A DNA stretch of 64,000 nucleotides from Acidimicrobiales bacterium. GTDB taxonomy: Bacteria > Actinomycetota > Acidimicrobiia > Acidimicrobiales > Aldehydirespiratoraceae. Numbering within the stretch: the first letter of the stretch is position 1; each line of letters starts with the position of its first letter. The DNA lies in contig OZ243946.1 in assembly GCA_965214285.1 (NCBI GenBank), positions 718,481 to 782,480 of the forward strand, given 5' to 3'. The notes beneath the pieces are model-generated. The model had not been told where the DNA came from and searched no databases. It saw only the letters and a list, made by a program, of their open reading frames with translations. This document shows positions 23,578 to 33,707 of this stretch, piece by piece. A program made the position numbers and the translations under genes.

Positions 23578-24770
23578 GTCGGGCCGCCTTTGCCGGAGTC
23601 GTCAGGGGCGGGAGAGTCGTCGGCTGCGGAAGGGTTGGTGACGGCAGCCACACTGTCGCCGGGCTTGTGGTCGCCATCGCCCGCAGCGTCCGCATCGACG
23701 GAGCCCGCGGCCGCATTCCCGCCAGCAGCGGGCTCGCCGGTGACGGCCAGGCCGGCGGCGTTGGCCCCGGCGGCGATGTTGGCATCGAGCGCCTCGCGGC
23801 CCCGGAGAGTGCCTGCGGGATGCAGGCAGGCGTACTCGTGGCCGCCCGGCACGCCGCCGACCGCCGGCACCCCGCCCAGGCAGTCGGGTTGCGCATAGCG
23901 ACAACGCGGCGCGTAGGCGCAGCACAGCGGCGGGTCGATCAGCTCGGGCGGGCGGCCCGGTATCGGATCGAGGCGGGTGTGGCTCGGCTGGTCGATGCGC
24001 GGGATCGAGCGCAGCAGCGCCTCGGTGTAGGGATGCCGGGAATCCGAGAACAGCGCATCGGCTGGCGCCCGCTCCACGATCCGCCCGGCGTACATCACCG
24101 CCACGTCGTCGCAGCGGCCGTGCGCCACGCCGAGGTTGTGGGTGATCAGGATCATCGACATGGCCCGCTCGCGGCGCAGCGTGTCGAGCAGGTCCAGCAA
24201 GTGCTTCTGCACGGTCACGTCCACGGCAGTGGTGGGCTCGTCTGCGATCAGCAGCTCGGGCTCACACGCCAGCGCCATGGCGATGACCACCCGCTGGCGC
24301 AGTCCGCCGGAGAGCTCGTGGGGGTACTGGTCCACCCGCTTGGCCGGATCCGGCACGCCGACCTGCTCCAGCAGCCCGGTCGCCTCCGACAGTGCCTGGC
24401 GGCGGTCGCGCCCCAGGTGATAGCGCAGCGTCTCGGCGATCTGCTCGCCGCAGCGTTTCACCGGGTTGAGCGAGGTCATGGGGTCCTGGAAGACCATCGT
24501 CATCTTCACGCCCCAGAAGTGCTTGGTCCGCTTGGCGGCCAGGGCCCGCACGTCGGCGCCGTCGAAGAGAACCTCGCCGGAGACCTCGGCGGTGCGCGGC
24601 AGCAGGTTCATCAGCGTCTTGGCGGTGACCGACTTGCCGCTGCCGGACTCGCCGACGATGCCCAGGGTGCGGCCCTTCTCGAGGTCGAAGCTCACGCCGT
24701 TGACCGCCTCGACCACGCCGCGGTGCGTCGGGAAACGCACCGCCAGGTCACGAACCGACAGAAAAGCCAT
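23574..24770 (-). CDS. Oligopeptide/dipeptide ABC transporter ATP-binding protein (OppD/DppD-like) with an extended Ala/Gly-rich C-terminus
   Basis: GESGSGKS, LSGGLRQRVVIAMAL and a 4-nt overlap with the downstream gene. Confidence 0.85.
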   Translation of the reverse strand: MAFLSVRDLAVRFPTHRGVVEAVNGVSFDLEKGRTLGIVGESGSGKSVTAKTLMNLLPRTAEVSGEVLFDGADVRALAAKRTKHFWGVKMTMVFQDPMTSLNPVKRCGEQIAETLRYHLGRDRRQALSEATGLLEQVGVPDPAKRVDQYPHELSGGLRQRVVIAMALACEPELLIADEPTTAVDVTVQKHLLDLLDTLRRERAMSMILITHNLGVAHGRCDDVAVMYAGRIVERAPADALFSDSRHPYTEALLRSIPRIDQPSHTRLDPIPGRPPELIDPPLCCAYAPRCRYAQPDCLGGVPAVGGVPGGHEYACLHPAGTLRGREALDANIAAGANAAGLAVTGEPAAGGNAAAGSVDADAAGDGDHKPGDSVAAVTNPSAADDSPAPDDSGKGGPT

Positions 24771-24788
24771 GCCGCTCCCTCAGACCCC

Positions 24789-25727
24789 TCAGAATGCCGT
24801 CTCGCGCACGTCGAAGTATTCCCGCAGCCGGTCGCCTGCGAAGTTCAGCGCCAGCACCGTCACGAACATCACGAAGATCGGCGACATCGCCACCCAGGGG
24901 TTGTCCTGGAGGTCACGCGACTGCGAGCCGTCGACGATCGACTTGCCCCAGGAGATCGCCTCGCCCTCAACGGACAGCCCCAAAAACGCCAGCCCGCCCT
25001 CGGCCACGATGGCGATGCCCATGCCCAGCAGGGTGAGCGCACCCATGGGGATCACCACATTGGGCAGCAGCTCGCGCACGATGATGCGGACGTGGCGGGC
25101 GCCGATCACCCGGGCTGCCTGCACGAACTCGCGCTCGGCGAACTGCAGCGTGCTGGCCCGGGCCAGGCGGCCGACGGGGGCGATCGCCAGCACGCCCAGG
25201 GTCATCCCCACGGTGATCAGGCTGCGGTCGATGGCGGCGGTGATCAGCAGCGCCAGCACCAGCGCCGGGAACGACAGCAGCGAGAAGAACACGAAGCCCA
25301 CGACCTGGTCGAGCACGCCCCGGAAGTAGCCCGAGACGACGCCCAGAGAGCCGCCGATCACCATGCCCATGACGATGGCCAAAAAGCCAACGAACAGCGA
25401 GATGCGAGCGCCCCAGATGGTGCGCGAGAACACGTCACGCCCCAGGGCGTCGGTGCCGAACCAGGCTGATCCCGACGGGCCTTCGCGGGGGCCGCCTGCG
25501 CCGATCCTGCCGGGGTCCTCGATGGGCAGCCAGGGCGCCAGCAGCGCCAGCACCGTAATCGAGCCCAGCCAGCACACGGCCACCCAGAAGGCGGTGCCGA
25601 GCCGCTTGCGCACGGCCTCCGCGGCGGCGTCGGCATCGTCGGCCAGCTCGATCGCGGCTTCGGTCACGGCCACGGCCTCGGGTGCGGAGGCGGGCGAGGG
25701 TGCGGAGGCGGGCGAGGGCGCGGTCAT
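24789..25727 (-). CDS. Peptide ABC transporter permease (DppC/OppC-like)
   Basis: Start reassigned to MTAPSPASAP... (ATGA overlap with the dppB stop). The track ORF 24789..26459 is over-extended in another frame. Confidence 0.8.
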   Translation of the reverse strand: MTAPSPASAPSPASAPEAVAVTEAAIELADDADAAAEAVRKRLGTAFWVAVCWLGSITVLALLAPWLPIEDPGRIGAGGPREGPSGSAWFGTDALGRDVFSRTIWGARISLFVGFLAIVMGMVIGGSLGVVSGYFRGVLDQVVGFVFFSLLSFPALVLALLITAAIDRSLITVGMTLGVLAIAPVGRLARASTLQFAEREFVQAARVIGARHVRIIVRELLPNVVIPMGALTLLGMGIAIVAEGGLAFLGLSVEGEAISWGKSIVDGSQSRDLQDNPWVAMSPIFVMFVTVLALNFAGDRLREYFDVRETAF

Positions 25728-26728
25728 TGCGCACGCACCCGAGGATCGAGCCAGGTGTAGAGCAGGTCGACCAGGAAGTTGATCAACACGAAGGCCACGG
25801 CGATCACGATCACCGCGCCCAGCACTACCGGGAAGTCGTCGCGGATCACTGCGGTGACCAGCTCGCGGCCCACGCCGGGGATCGTGAAGATGTTCTCCAC
25901 CACCAGCGACCCGCCGATCAGCGCGCCGGTCTGCACGCCGAACACGGTGATCACCGAGAACAGCGAGGGCCGCAGGGCGTGGCGCAGCATCACGTAGCGG
26001 TCCGGCATGCCCTTGGCGCGGGCCATGTGGACGAAGTCCTCTTGCAGGGTGGTGATCAGGTCGGTGCGCAGCAGGCGCTGATAGGTCGCCGCCAGGCCGA
26101 GCCCGAGCGACAGCGCCGGCAACAGCAGCGACTTGACCTCGGCGAGAAGCGACGAGCTGTCGTAGCTGGCCGGCAGCCAGCCCCAGCGCAGGCCGAACAC
26201 ATAGAGCAGGATCACGCCCAGCGCGAAGTTGGGGATCGACAGCAGCCCGAAGGAGGCGACAGAGAGCACTTTGTCGTCCCAGCGGTTCGCCCGGTAGCCC
26301 GCCCAGACCCCCAGCGGCACGGCCACGCCCAGGGCGATCAGCTCGGCGAAGATCATCAGCTTCAGCGACACCGGGAATTTCGAGCGCAGCACCTCGTTGA
26401 CCGAGAGGTTGTTCTTGAACGAGGTCCCGAGGTCGCCTGAGATCGTGTCGCCGAGCCACAGCGCGTAGCGGGTGAAGAACGGCTCGTCGAGGCGGTACTC
26501 GGCGCGTGCCTCGGCGACGATCTCGCAGTCCGTGCGCAGGTTGTCCAGCGATGTGGTGGTGGCCTCCGCCTCGCCGCGGGCCACCGCCTCGCAGTCGAGC
26601 TCGGCCAGCGGGCCGACGATGTTGACCAGCGGGTCGCCGAGCAGGTTCATGGCGCTGAACGCCATGAAGGTGACGGCCCCCAGGACCAGGACCAGCAGGA
26701 CCAGCCTCCGTGCAGCGAAGCGGGCCAT
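25724..26728 (-). CDS. Peptide ABC transporter permease (DppB/OppB-like)
   Basis: Multi-TM permease with a typical N-terminus MARFAARRLVLLVLVLGAVTFMAFSAMNLLGDPL. Confidence 0.85.
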   Translation of the reverse strand: MARFAARRLVLLVLVLGAVTFMAFSAMNLLGDPLVNIVGPLAELDCEAVARGEAEATTTSLDNLRTDCEIVAEARAEYRLDEPFFTRYALWLGDTISGDLGTSFKNNLSVNEVLRSKFPVSLKLMIFAELIALGVAVPLGVWAGYRANRWDDKVLSVASFGLLSIPNFALGVILLYVFGLRWGWLPASYDSSSLLAEVKSLLLPALSLGLGLAATYQRLLRTDLITTLQEDFVHMARAKGMPDRYVMLRHALRPSLFSVITVFGVQTGALIGGSLVVENIFTIPGVGRELVTAVIRDDFPVVLGAVIVIAVAFVLINFLVDLLYTWLDPRVRAQ

Positions 26729-26825
26729 CAGCCGCTCAACGCTGCACCGGAGACGTGGTCACAAGCCGGTCTTCTCCTGGGCTCCCTGGGTGCCTGCGGT
26801 CCCTCCGGGTCGGGTCGCCAGGCGC

Positions 26826-28583
26826 CTATTCGGCCAGCCAGACCCCGTGGAAGAACCCCCGGCCCTGGTTGTTGCAGAACAGCACCACGTCGCCTGGGCC
26901 GGTCTGGCCGCAGACGTTGCGCACCTTCTCGCTCATGCCGACCGTCCAGTTGGCATGGGTGGTGAAGATGTAGGCGTAGGTGTCCTTCATCTCCTGCTGG
27001 ATCTCCTGCCAGATCTCGATGCGCCGGTCCAGGTCGTCGGTCGCCCGCTGCTCGAACAGCAGCGCATCGCGGTCCTCGTTGCAGTAGCGCACCCAGTTCA
27101 AGGTGATGCCGCCGGTGGCGGTGGCGCACTCGAGCCAGACCACCTCATTGTCGGGGTCGACAGCGCCGAACTGGCGCCAAGTGACCACGTCGAACTGGCC
27201 GATGGCGACCTCCAGGATGTGCTGGTCCTGGAGCAGCTCCTGCTCGGTGACGTTGAAGAACGGCTCCCAGTTTGCGGTCAACAGGTCGGCGATCCGGGTC
27301 TGGGTCACCGACGGGCCCGAGTACTGCAGCTCCATGTTGATCTTGCCGTCGGTGCAGTTGTCTGCGAAGTCCGCGCAGTACTCGGCCACCAGCGGGCCCG
27401 AGCGGTCGGGCATGTTGCCCTCCTGCACCACGTCGGGGTTGTTCCACACCAGGTCGGGGTGGAAGATCGAGTCCGCCAGCGGCGAGGTTCCCTGGCCGAT
27501 CAGGGTGGCATACGCCTCCCGGTCCGTGGCGAAGGTCAGCGCCTGGCGTGCGCGGATGTCGTCGAAGGGCGCCTTGGCGGTGTTCATCATGATGTCGTTC
27601 TCGCCAGAGAGCAGGTTCTCGATGGTCACCACGCCCGTGGCTTCGCGCAGGGTCAGGATGGCGTCGGGGTTCGAGGTGATGAGCATGTCGAGGTCGCCCG
27701 AGGCCACCCGCTCCGCGGCGATGGCGGTGTCGGTGATCACGTGGAACTCCACCCGGTCGAGGTAGACGTTCTCGGCGCCGCGCCAGTAGTCCGGGTTCTT
27801 GACCACAGCGGTCACGCCGTCCTGCACCCGGCTGTCGAGCATGAACGGGCCGGTGCCGATGGGCGCCTGGTTCAGGGCGCCGTCCTCGACAGCGGCTTCG
27901 GAGTACTCGCTGGGCACCACCATGCCCAGCTGGCTGGTGACGTTGACGGGGAAGTGAGCCGACGCTCGGATCAGGTTGTACTGGACCGTGTAGTCGTCGA
28001 TCTTTTCGATCTGGTTCTCCGCCGGGAAGTTGGGCCGCACCGCCAGGCTGATGATCGGATCGGCGAGCTGGGCGTTGAAGTTGGCGATGATGTCGTCGGC
28101 GTCGAGCTCGGTGCCGTCGTGGAACATGATGCCCTCGCGCAGCTTCATCTGCCAGGAGTTGGTGCCCGCCACCGGCTCGAACGACTCGGCCAGCCACGGG
28201 AACCAGTTGCCGTCGGCGTCGAAGTAGGCGATCGGCTCGATCATGGTGTAGGCCATCAGGTAGGCGGACACCGGGAAGTTGTTGGCCGTCGGGTTGAGAC
28301 CGTCGGCCTCGGCCTCCACGCCCACCCGCAGGGTCCCGCCCGAGACGGGGCCGGTGTCTTCGGGCTCGGGCTCGGCGACGGTGACGGTGGGCGTGACGCT
28401 CTGGCCTTCGCCGTCGTCTCCGTCGTCGCCGGAGTCGCCGTCGTCGCCCTCGGCGGAGTCGCTGTCGGAGTCGGTGGCGACGTCGTCTGAGTCGTCGCCT
28501 CCGCAGGCGGCGGCTACGAGCGCAAAGGCAAGGAGCAGCGCCAGCAGCCTCAGCAGGGTGGTGCGGGCATGTCGGATACGCAT
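26826..28583 (-). CDS. Peptide ABC transporter substrate-binding lipoprotein (SBP family 5, DppA/OppA-like)
   Basis: Signal peptide with lipobox LVAAAC. Family-5 SBP length (585 aa) and sequence character. Confidence 0.8.
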   Translation of the reverse strand: MRIRHARTTLLRLLALLLAFALVAAACGGDDSDDVATDSDSDSAEGDDGDSGDDGDDGEGQSVTPTVTVAEPEPEDTGPVSGGTLRVGVEAEADGLNPTANNFPVSAYLMAYTMIEPIAYFDADGNWFPWLAESFEPVAGTNSWQMKLREGIMFHDGTELDADDIIANFNAQLADPIISLAVRPNFPAENQIEKIDDYTVQYNLIRASAHFPVNVTSQLGMVVPSEYSEAAVEDGALNQAPIGTGPFMLDSRVQDGVTAVVKNPDYWRGAENVYLDRVEFHVITDTAIAAERVASGDLDMLITSNPDAILTLREATGVVTIENLLSGENDIMMNTAKAPFDDIRARQALTFATDREAYATLIGQGTSPLADSIFHPDLVWNNPDVVQEGNMPDRSGPLVAEYCADFADNCTDGKINMELQYSGPSVTQTRIADLLTANWEPFFNVTEQELLQDQHILEVAIGQFDVVTWRQFGAVDPDNEVVWLECATATGGITLNWVRYCNEDRDALLFEQRATDDLDRRIEIWQEIQQEMKDTYAYIFTTHANWTVGMSEKVRNVCGQTGPGDVVLFCNNQGRGFFHGVWLAE

Positions 28584-28812
28584 TGGTGGTTTCCCCCAGG
28601 TTCACAGACGCAACGGACGTGGCGTCTGGGTGAATGATCTACCACGCGACGGCCCCAAGACAAGCCCAAACCGCGCGACCCGCCGAAAACGGTCGATCCG
28701 CGGCGTGGTTCGGGGCGGTTCCGCGGCGGGCCTGAGGCGTCGGTCGGGCCGCGGTCTTCGGCGGTTCTCGGTGCGGGTTCGGGGGTGCGGGGAGGGCGCG
28801 GCTGGGCCCTGC

Positions 28813-29568
28813 TCAGGGGTGTTGCGAGCTGACGCTGACGACCTCGCCGGTCATGTAGGACGCCAGGTCGCTGGCCAAGAAGAGCATCACATTCGCCACC
28901 TCCACCGGCTCCGCGGCGCGCCCGAAGGCCTCGGCTGCGGACAGCTCGGCGAGCAGCTCGTCGCTGGTGACCTTGGCCAGGAACGGGTGCATGGCGATGC
29001 TTGGCGCCACGGCGTTGACCCGGATGCCGTGCTCGGCGGCCTCGACCGCCGCGCAGCGGGTGAGCGCCATCACGCCTGCCTTGGCGGCTGCGTAGTGGCA
29101 CTGCTCGCGCTGGGCGCGCCAGCCCACGACCGAGGCGTTGTTGACGACGGCGCCTGCGATGCCGGCCGCGATCATGTGGCGCAGCGCCGCGCGGGTGCAG
29201 CGCATGGTGCCGGTGAGGGTCACGTCCAGCACCGCCGACCACTGCTCGTCGGTCATGTCCACGAGCGGGGCCGAGCCGCCGAGGCCTGCGTTGTTCATCA
29301 TCACGTCGATGCCGCCCATGGAGTCTGCGGCGGCGTCGATCAGCGAGGCCACGTCGGCCTCGGAGGTCACGTCGCACACGGCGGTGATCGGGCGGGCGCC
29401 GGTCGAGTCCGCGAGACGCTCGGCGGTCTCGGCGAGGCGGCGCTCGTGGATGTCGGAGATCAGCACCTGCGCGCCTTCCTGCAGGCAGCGCAGCGCCACC
29501 GCAGAGCCGATGCCGGTGCCCGCGGCGGCTGTGACCACCACCCGCTTGGCGCTCAGCAGGCCGCCCAC
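28813..29568 (-). CDS. SDR-family oxidoreductase
   Basis: VVVTAAAGTGIGSAVA Rossmann motif. GTG start assigned just after the stop of the upstream SDR; the track ORF extends to 29736. Confidence 0.7.
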   Translation of the reverse strand: MGGLLSAKRVVVTAAAGTGIGSAVALRCLQEGAQVLISDIHERRLAETAERLADSTGARPITAVCDVTSEADVASLIDAAADSMGGIDVMMNNAGLGGSAPLVDMTDEQWSAVLDVTLTGTMRCTRAALRHMIAAGIAGAVVNNASVVGWRAQREQCHYAAAKAGVMALTRCAAVEAAEHGIRVNAVAPSIAMHPFLAKVTSDELLAELSAAEAFGRAAEPVEVANVMLFLASDLASYMTGEVVSVSSQHP

Positions 29569-29570
29569 GA

Positions 29571-30500
29571 TCAGCCCGCCGGCTTCTCGGCCATCTCGGC
29601 CATGCGGCGCTCGAGGTCGGCCACGAACGGGTTGGGCTCCTGGCCTACGCCGTCGGGCAGCGCCGCTGCGATCTCCGCGGGGCTCCAGCGCTCGCCGGCC
29701 GCGGTCATGGAGCGCACCTCGGCGGGCTGGTTCCACACCGAGATGCGCCGGCCGACCACGGTGTAGACCTGGGCGTTCACGTCACGGCCCGCGTCGCTCA
29801 TCAGATAGATCGCCATGGGGGCGATGTCGGCCGGGTCGCCGGTCTCGATCTCGAACGGCACGTTCTCGCTCATGCGGGTGCGGGCCACCGGGGCGATGCA
29901 GTTGGCGTTGATCGCCGGGCCGCCCCGCAGGCGCAGCGACGCCGCGATCAGCGCCGCCGAGCGGGTCAGGCTGACGATCCCGCCCTTGGCCGCGGAGTAG
30001 TTGGCCTGCGCGGTGGAGGCGGTGAACGCCCCAGAGGTGAAGCCCACCAGCGAACCGCCGCCGGGCTGCTTGCGCATCCTGGCCAGGGCGTGACGGAACA
30101 CGTTGAAATGGCCCTTGAGATGGACCGCCACCACGTGGTCCCACTCGTCCTCGCTCATGTTGAACAGCATCCGCTCGCGCAGCACCCCCGCGGGGCAGAC
30201 CACGCCGTCGATGGTTCCCCAGGCCTCGCAGGCCGCCTCGACGGTCTGCGCGCCCACCTCGAAGCGCGAGATGTCGCCGCTCACGGTGACCGCCTGGCGC
30301 CCCTTGGCCCGGACCGCCTCGGCCACCGCCTCGGCCACCTCGCTGGAGGGATCGGCGCCGTCGATCGACACGCCGTAGTCGGCGACCACCACGTTTGCGC
30401 CCTCGTCAGCGCAGGCCAGGGCGATGGCCTTGCCGATCCCCGCCCCGGCGCCGGTGACGGCGATGTTCTTGCCCTGCAGGTATCCGTCGGCGGCATCCAT
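29571..30500 (-). CDS. SDR-family oxidoreductase
   Basis: KNIAVTGAGAGIGKAIA glycine-rich NAD(P)-binding motif. Confidence 0.75.
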   Translation of the reverse strand: MDAADGYLQGKNIAVTGAGAGIGKAIALACADEGANVVVADYGVSIDGADPSSEVAEAVAEAVRAKGRQAVTVSGDISRFEVGAQTVEAACEAWGTIDGVVCPAGVLRERMLFNMSEDEWDHVVAVHLKGHFNVFRHALARMRKQPGGGSLVGFTSGAFTASTAQANYSAAKGGIVSLTRSAALIAASLRLRGGPAINANCIAPVARTRMSENVPFEIETGDPADIAPMAIYLMSDAGRDVNAQVYTVVGRRISVWNQPAEVRSMTAAGERWSPAEIAAALPDGVGQEPNPFVADLERRMAEMAEKPAG

Positions 30501-30548
30501 CAGGCCTCAGGTCCCATCCGGTCGTCTCCCATCAGCGCGCGGATTCCA

Positions 30549-31247
30549 TCAGATCGCCGAGCGGTCGCCGAGCGGGGCCACCGGCGCGGCCAGCATCTCC
30601 ACGGCGTGGTGCAGCTCGCTGCTCACCGAGCCGTCCGAGGCCAGCCCCGAGGCCCAGCGGCTCAGCGCCGAGGTCCACACGTGGCCCATCAGGCGGGCCA
30701 CGCCCTCGGCGTCGATGCAGCGCACCTCCACGGCGGCATAGGCCCCGGCGTCGGCACTGGCGTCCACGCAGCGCCCGTCCGCATCGACCTCGGACTCGTG
30801 GCCGATGGCTGTGGCCACCAGCGCCCGGAACTCCTCGTCCACCTCGAGCTTGGGCTCGCGCACGCCGGGGTCGGCGGAGTTGTAGGCCCGCACCAGGGCG
30901 CCGATCAGCAGGCGATGCCGGTCGGTGGACTCGGTCAGGCGGTCCAGCAGCCAGTGCAGCCGCTCACGGGGAGTTGCGCCCCGTGCGCCGCCGGCCTCGA
31001 CGCGGCGGCGGGTGCGGCCCAGCCAGCCCGCCAGGCCCGCCGTGAGCAGCTCGTCCTTGCCGGAGTAGTAGCGGTAGATGGTGCCCACGGCCACGTCGGC
31101 CCGGTCGGCCACGGCGCGCATGGTCACGGCCTCGTAGCCGCCCTCGCCGGCCAGCGCCATGGCTGCCTCGATGACGCGTCTGCGCCGCTCTCGGCGGCTC
31201 AGTTCGCCACGGGTGGGCTCGGCAGGCATCAGCGCAGTGTCGCCCAC
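30549..31247 (-). CDS. TetR/AcrR-family transcriptional regulator
   Basis: N-terminal HTH RRVIEAAMALAGEGGYEAVTMRAVADRADVAVGTIYRYYSGKDELL. Confidence 0.8.
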   Translation of the reverse strand: MGDTALMPAEPTRGELSRRERRRRVIEAAMALAGEGGYEAVTMRAVADRADVAVGTIYRYYSGKDELLTAGLAGWLGRTRRRVEAGGARGATPRERLHWLLDRLTESTDRHRLLIGALVRAYNSADPGVREPKLEVDEEFRALVATAIGHESEVDADGRCVDASADAGAYAAVEVRCIDAEGVARLMGHVWTSALSRWASGLASDGSVSSELHHAVEMLAAPVAPLGDRSAI

Positions 31248-31295
31248 GACGGGCGCGGCGTGCGAATCGGCCGCTCGGCCGGCACGAGCCTTTGC

Positions 31296-32705
31296 TCAGG
31301 CGGGCGTGGGCGGAGGCGGCGGCAGGTCGCTGTCGTCGCCGCTGTCGGCAGCGTCTTCGCCTGCGTCGGTGGCCCCGTCGCTGTCCGCGTCGCTGCCGGC
31401 GTTGGCCCCGTTGCCGGCCGTAGTCGTGCCAGCCCCCACAGCCGCCGCGGGCGCGTCACGCAGGCCCTTGAGGATGTCGACGCCGGTGGCGGCCTCGATC
31501 TGCTCGGTCAGGCTGATCAGCGCGCCCGGCAGCTGCGACATCACGCCGCCGATGCCCTTGCCGTCGCCGCCGGTGCCGTTCTGGTCGATGACCACCACCC
31601 GGTCGATGTCCACGCCCTTCACGGTGGAGGCGATCTGCTCCACCAGCTCGGGCAGCATGGTCAGCACGAAGATGCGCTGGCCCTCGGCGCCGGCTGCCTG
31701 GTACTGGTCGGTGAGCCGGCGGAACACGTCCACCTGCGCCTTGCCGTCCTCGACGATCTTGGCGGCCTCGGCCTGCGCCGCAAGCTGCTTGGCCTCGAGA
31801 TTCGCCCTGGCCGGGGTGACCACGTCGGCCTCCAGGCGGCGGCGCTCCAGCTCGATGCGGCGCTGCTCTAGCTCTTGCTCGGCCGTGGCTCGTGCGATGT
31901 CGCCTGCGACCTCGGCCTCCTGCTCCTTGGCACGGCCCAGGCCGTCGAGCTCGGCGGTGCGCACCCGCAGCTGGTTCTGCTCCTCGACGATGTTCTTGTC
32001 GGCCTGGACCTGGGCGATCTGGGCCGTCTCGCGGGCCCTGGCCTCGGCCTGCTCGGACTCGGCCATGCGGTTCGCCTCGGCGACCCTGGCCTCCTTGACC
32101 ACCTCGGCGGTGAGCCGCCGCCCCACCGACTCCAGGTACTGGTTGTCGTCGGTGACGTTCTGGATCTTCATCACGTCCAGCTCGAGGCCCAGCGTCTTGA
32201 TGTCGTCGTCGGCCTCGTCGATGAGCTGCTGGGAGAACTTGAGGCGGTCCTCGTTGACCTCCTCGGGCGAGAGCGTCGCCAGCACGCCGCGCAGGTTGGC
32301 CTCCAGGGTCTCCTTGGCGATCTGGCCGATCTGCTCGTGGGGCACGTTCAAGAAGCGCTCGGCTGCGTTGTCGAGCAGGCCTTCCTTGGACGACACCTTC
32401 ACGTTGGCGATGCCCTGCACGTTCAGCGGGATGGCGCCGGCGGAGTAGGCGTTGGTCACCTCGACCACCAGCGGGATGGTGTTGAGGTCCATCCAGGCCA
32501 CCCGCTCGATGATCGGGATGCGCAGGGTGCGGCCGCCCTTGAGGATGCGGTAGCCGACCTGGCGGCCGTCGCTGAGGGTGCGGCTGCGGCCCGAGATGAC
32601 CGCCACCCGGTTCGGGGGGCAGACGATGATGAGCGAGTTGACGATCCAGATCACGAAGAAGATGATCCCGACGACGATTCCGGCGCTCAGGATGGCGGTT
32701 GACAT
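31296..32705 (-). CDS. SPFH/Band-7 flotillin-like protein
   Basis: N-terminal TM followed by an SPFH core. A long E/R/A-rich coiled-coil region and a C-terminal Ala/Gly tail. Confidence 0.75.
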   Translation of the reverse strand: MSTAILSAGIVVGIIFFVIWIVNSLIIVCPPNRVAVISGRSRTLSDGRQVGYRILKGGRTLRIPIIERVAWMDLNTIPLVVEVTNAYSAGAIPLNVQGIANVKVSSKEGLLDNAAERFLNVPHEQIGQIAKETLEANLRGVLATLSPEEVNEDRLKFSQQLIDEADDDIKTLGLELDVMKIQNVTDDNQYLESVGRRLTAEVVKEARVAEANRMAESEQAEARARETAQIAQVQADKNIVEEQNQLRVRTAELDGLGRAKEQEAEVAGDIARATAEQELEQRRIELERRRLEADVVTPARANLEAKQLAAQAEAAKIVEDGKAQVDVFRRLTDQYQAAGAEGQRIFVLTMLPELVEQIASTVKGVDIDRVVVIDQNGTGGDGKGIGGVMSQLPGALISLTEQIEAATGVDILKGLRDAPAAAVGAGTTTAGNGANAGSDADSDGATDAGEDAADSGDDSDLPPPPPTPA

Positions 32706-32774
32706 GGCTCCTGCTTTCTGCGGGGGTGTTTGTTGCTGGCGGGACTAAGGGCCTCAGAGGCGAGTTGTTCGTGG

Positions 32775-32900
32775 TGGGGGTGTGGTCGGGTGGGCCGGGC
32801 TGGTTGGGGTGGTTGGTGTGGTCGGGTGGGCCGGGGTGTTCGGTGTGGTCGGGTGGGCTGGCCTAGTGGGGCTGGCGTGGGCTTGTGCGGTGATGTGCGG
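32775..32900. repeat. G-rich tandem repeat (3 copies of GTGGTCGGGTGGGC...) in the nfeD-flotillin intergenic spacer
   Basis: tgtggtcgggtgggccgg occurs at ~32790, ~32826 and ~32857. Runs of GGG/GGGG on the plus strand. Confidence 0.6.
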
Positions 32901-32956
32901 CGGAGTGGGCTCGGGGCTGCGGATGACCCGCTGGCGACGGCGGTCCATGGTGAGCG

Positions 32957-33481
32957 CTATTGCAGATCCAGGTCGCTGTGCAGCGGGGCGACCAGGGCGA
33001 CGCCGTTCTCGATGCGCACCACGACCACGTGATCACCGGTGCTGATGTCGGATCCGTCCACCGGCGAGGCGGTCATCTGCTCGCGGGCGCCTGCTATCTC
33101 GAGCACGATCTTGCCGCGGCGCTTGCGGCCGATCGGCATGGACGCAGTGGCGATGGTGCCCTCGATCTCGCGGTCGCTGATGTCGCTGGAGTTGGAGTTG
33201 CGCCGCAGCCAGGCGAACACGGCGCTGTTGACGGTGCCTGCCGCCAGGCCCGCGGCCAGCGCCAGGACGAGCGTGAGCACGGCGTTGACGCCGCCGAGGT
33301 CGAAGACCAGCCCGGCGAGCCCGAAGAACGCCATCGTGAAGGCGACCGTGGACAGCGGGATCACCGCCAGCGGGCCGCTGCCGTCGCCGCCGAGGCCGTC
33401 GGCGTCGCCGTCGCCGGCGAACGCGAACCACACCAGCAGCGGCAGGCCGACGGCGAGGAAGAAGATGTAGAAGGCGGTCAC
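32957..33481 (-). CDS. NfeD-family membrane protein (OB-fold), partner of the flotillin
   Basis: Hydrophobic N-terminal half and a C-terminal beta-rich domain. Gene order is typical of an nfeD-floT operon. Confidence 0.65.
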   Translation of the reverse strand: MTAFYIFFLAVGLPLLVWFAFAGDGDADGLGGDGSGPLAVIPLSTVAFTMAFFGLAGLVFDLGGVNAVLTLVLALAAGLAAGTVNSAVFAWLRRNSNSSDISDREIEGTIATASMPIGRKRRGKIVLEIAGAREQMTASPVDGSDISTGDHVVVVRIENGVALVAPLHSDLDLQ

Positions 33482-33707
33482 TGCCGAGACCGTAGTTCAG
33501 CGCCGCCCCGCCCGGCTAGCCCGGATTCTGCCCTGCCCGCCCGCCGTCTGGCCTTCCGGCCCGTCGAGAGGCTCGGCCAACGTCGGTCGCCTTCGTCCGC
33601 CGGCTTGCCCACTCGGCGGACAGGGCCGTGCTGCGGCGTGTCGCCTGTGCGCCCGTCGGCGCCGCCGTCTCGGTTCTCGCCTGAGCCGCCCCCGCTAGCG
33701 TGACCGG

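Noticed and set aside
24789-26459. 556-aa track ORF for dppC
   Set aside because: The first ~240 aa are an out-of-frame read through dppB. The real start is the ATG at 25727, overlapping the dppB stop (ATGA).
26472-28490. 672-aa plus-strand ORF and the 486-aa alternative minus frame 27145..28605 over the dppA substrate-binding-protein gene
   Set aside because: Arg/Gly-rich translations with no motifs. The minus-strand frame 26826..28583 has a lipoprotein signal and SBP character.
30090-31871. 593-aa plus-strand ORF and 37639..39570 / 39931..41565 / 57980..60202 / 58087..60087 long ORFs
   Set aside because: Antisense or alternative-frame artefacts of GC-rich DNA overlapping motif-supported genes, with homopolymeric Arg/Gly/Ala composition.
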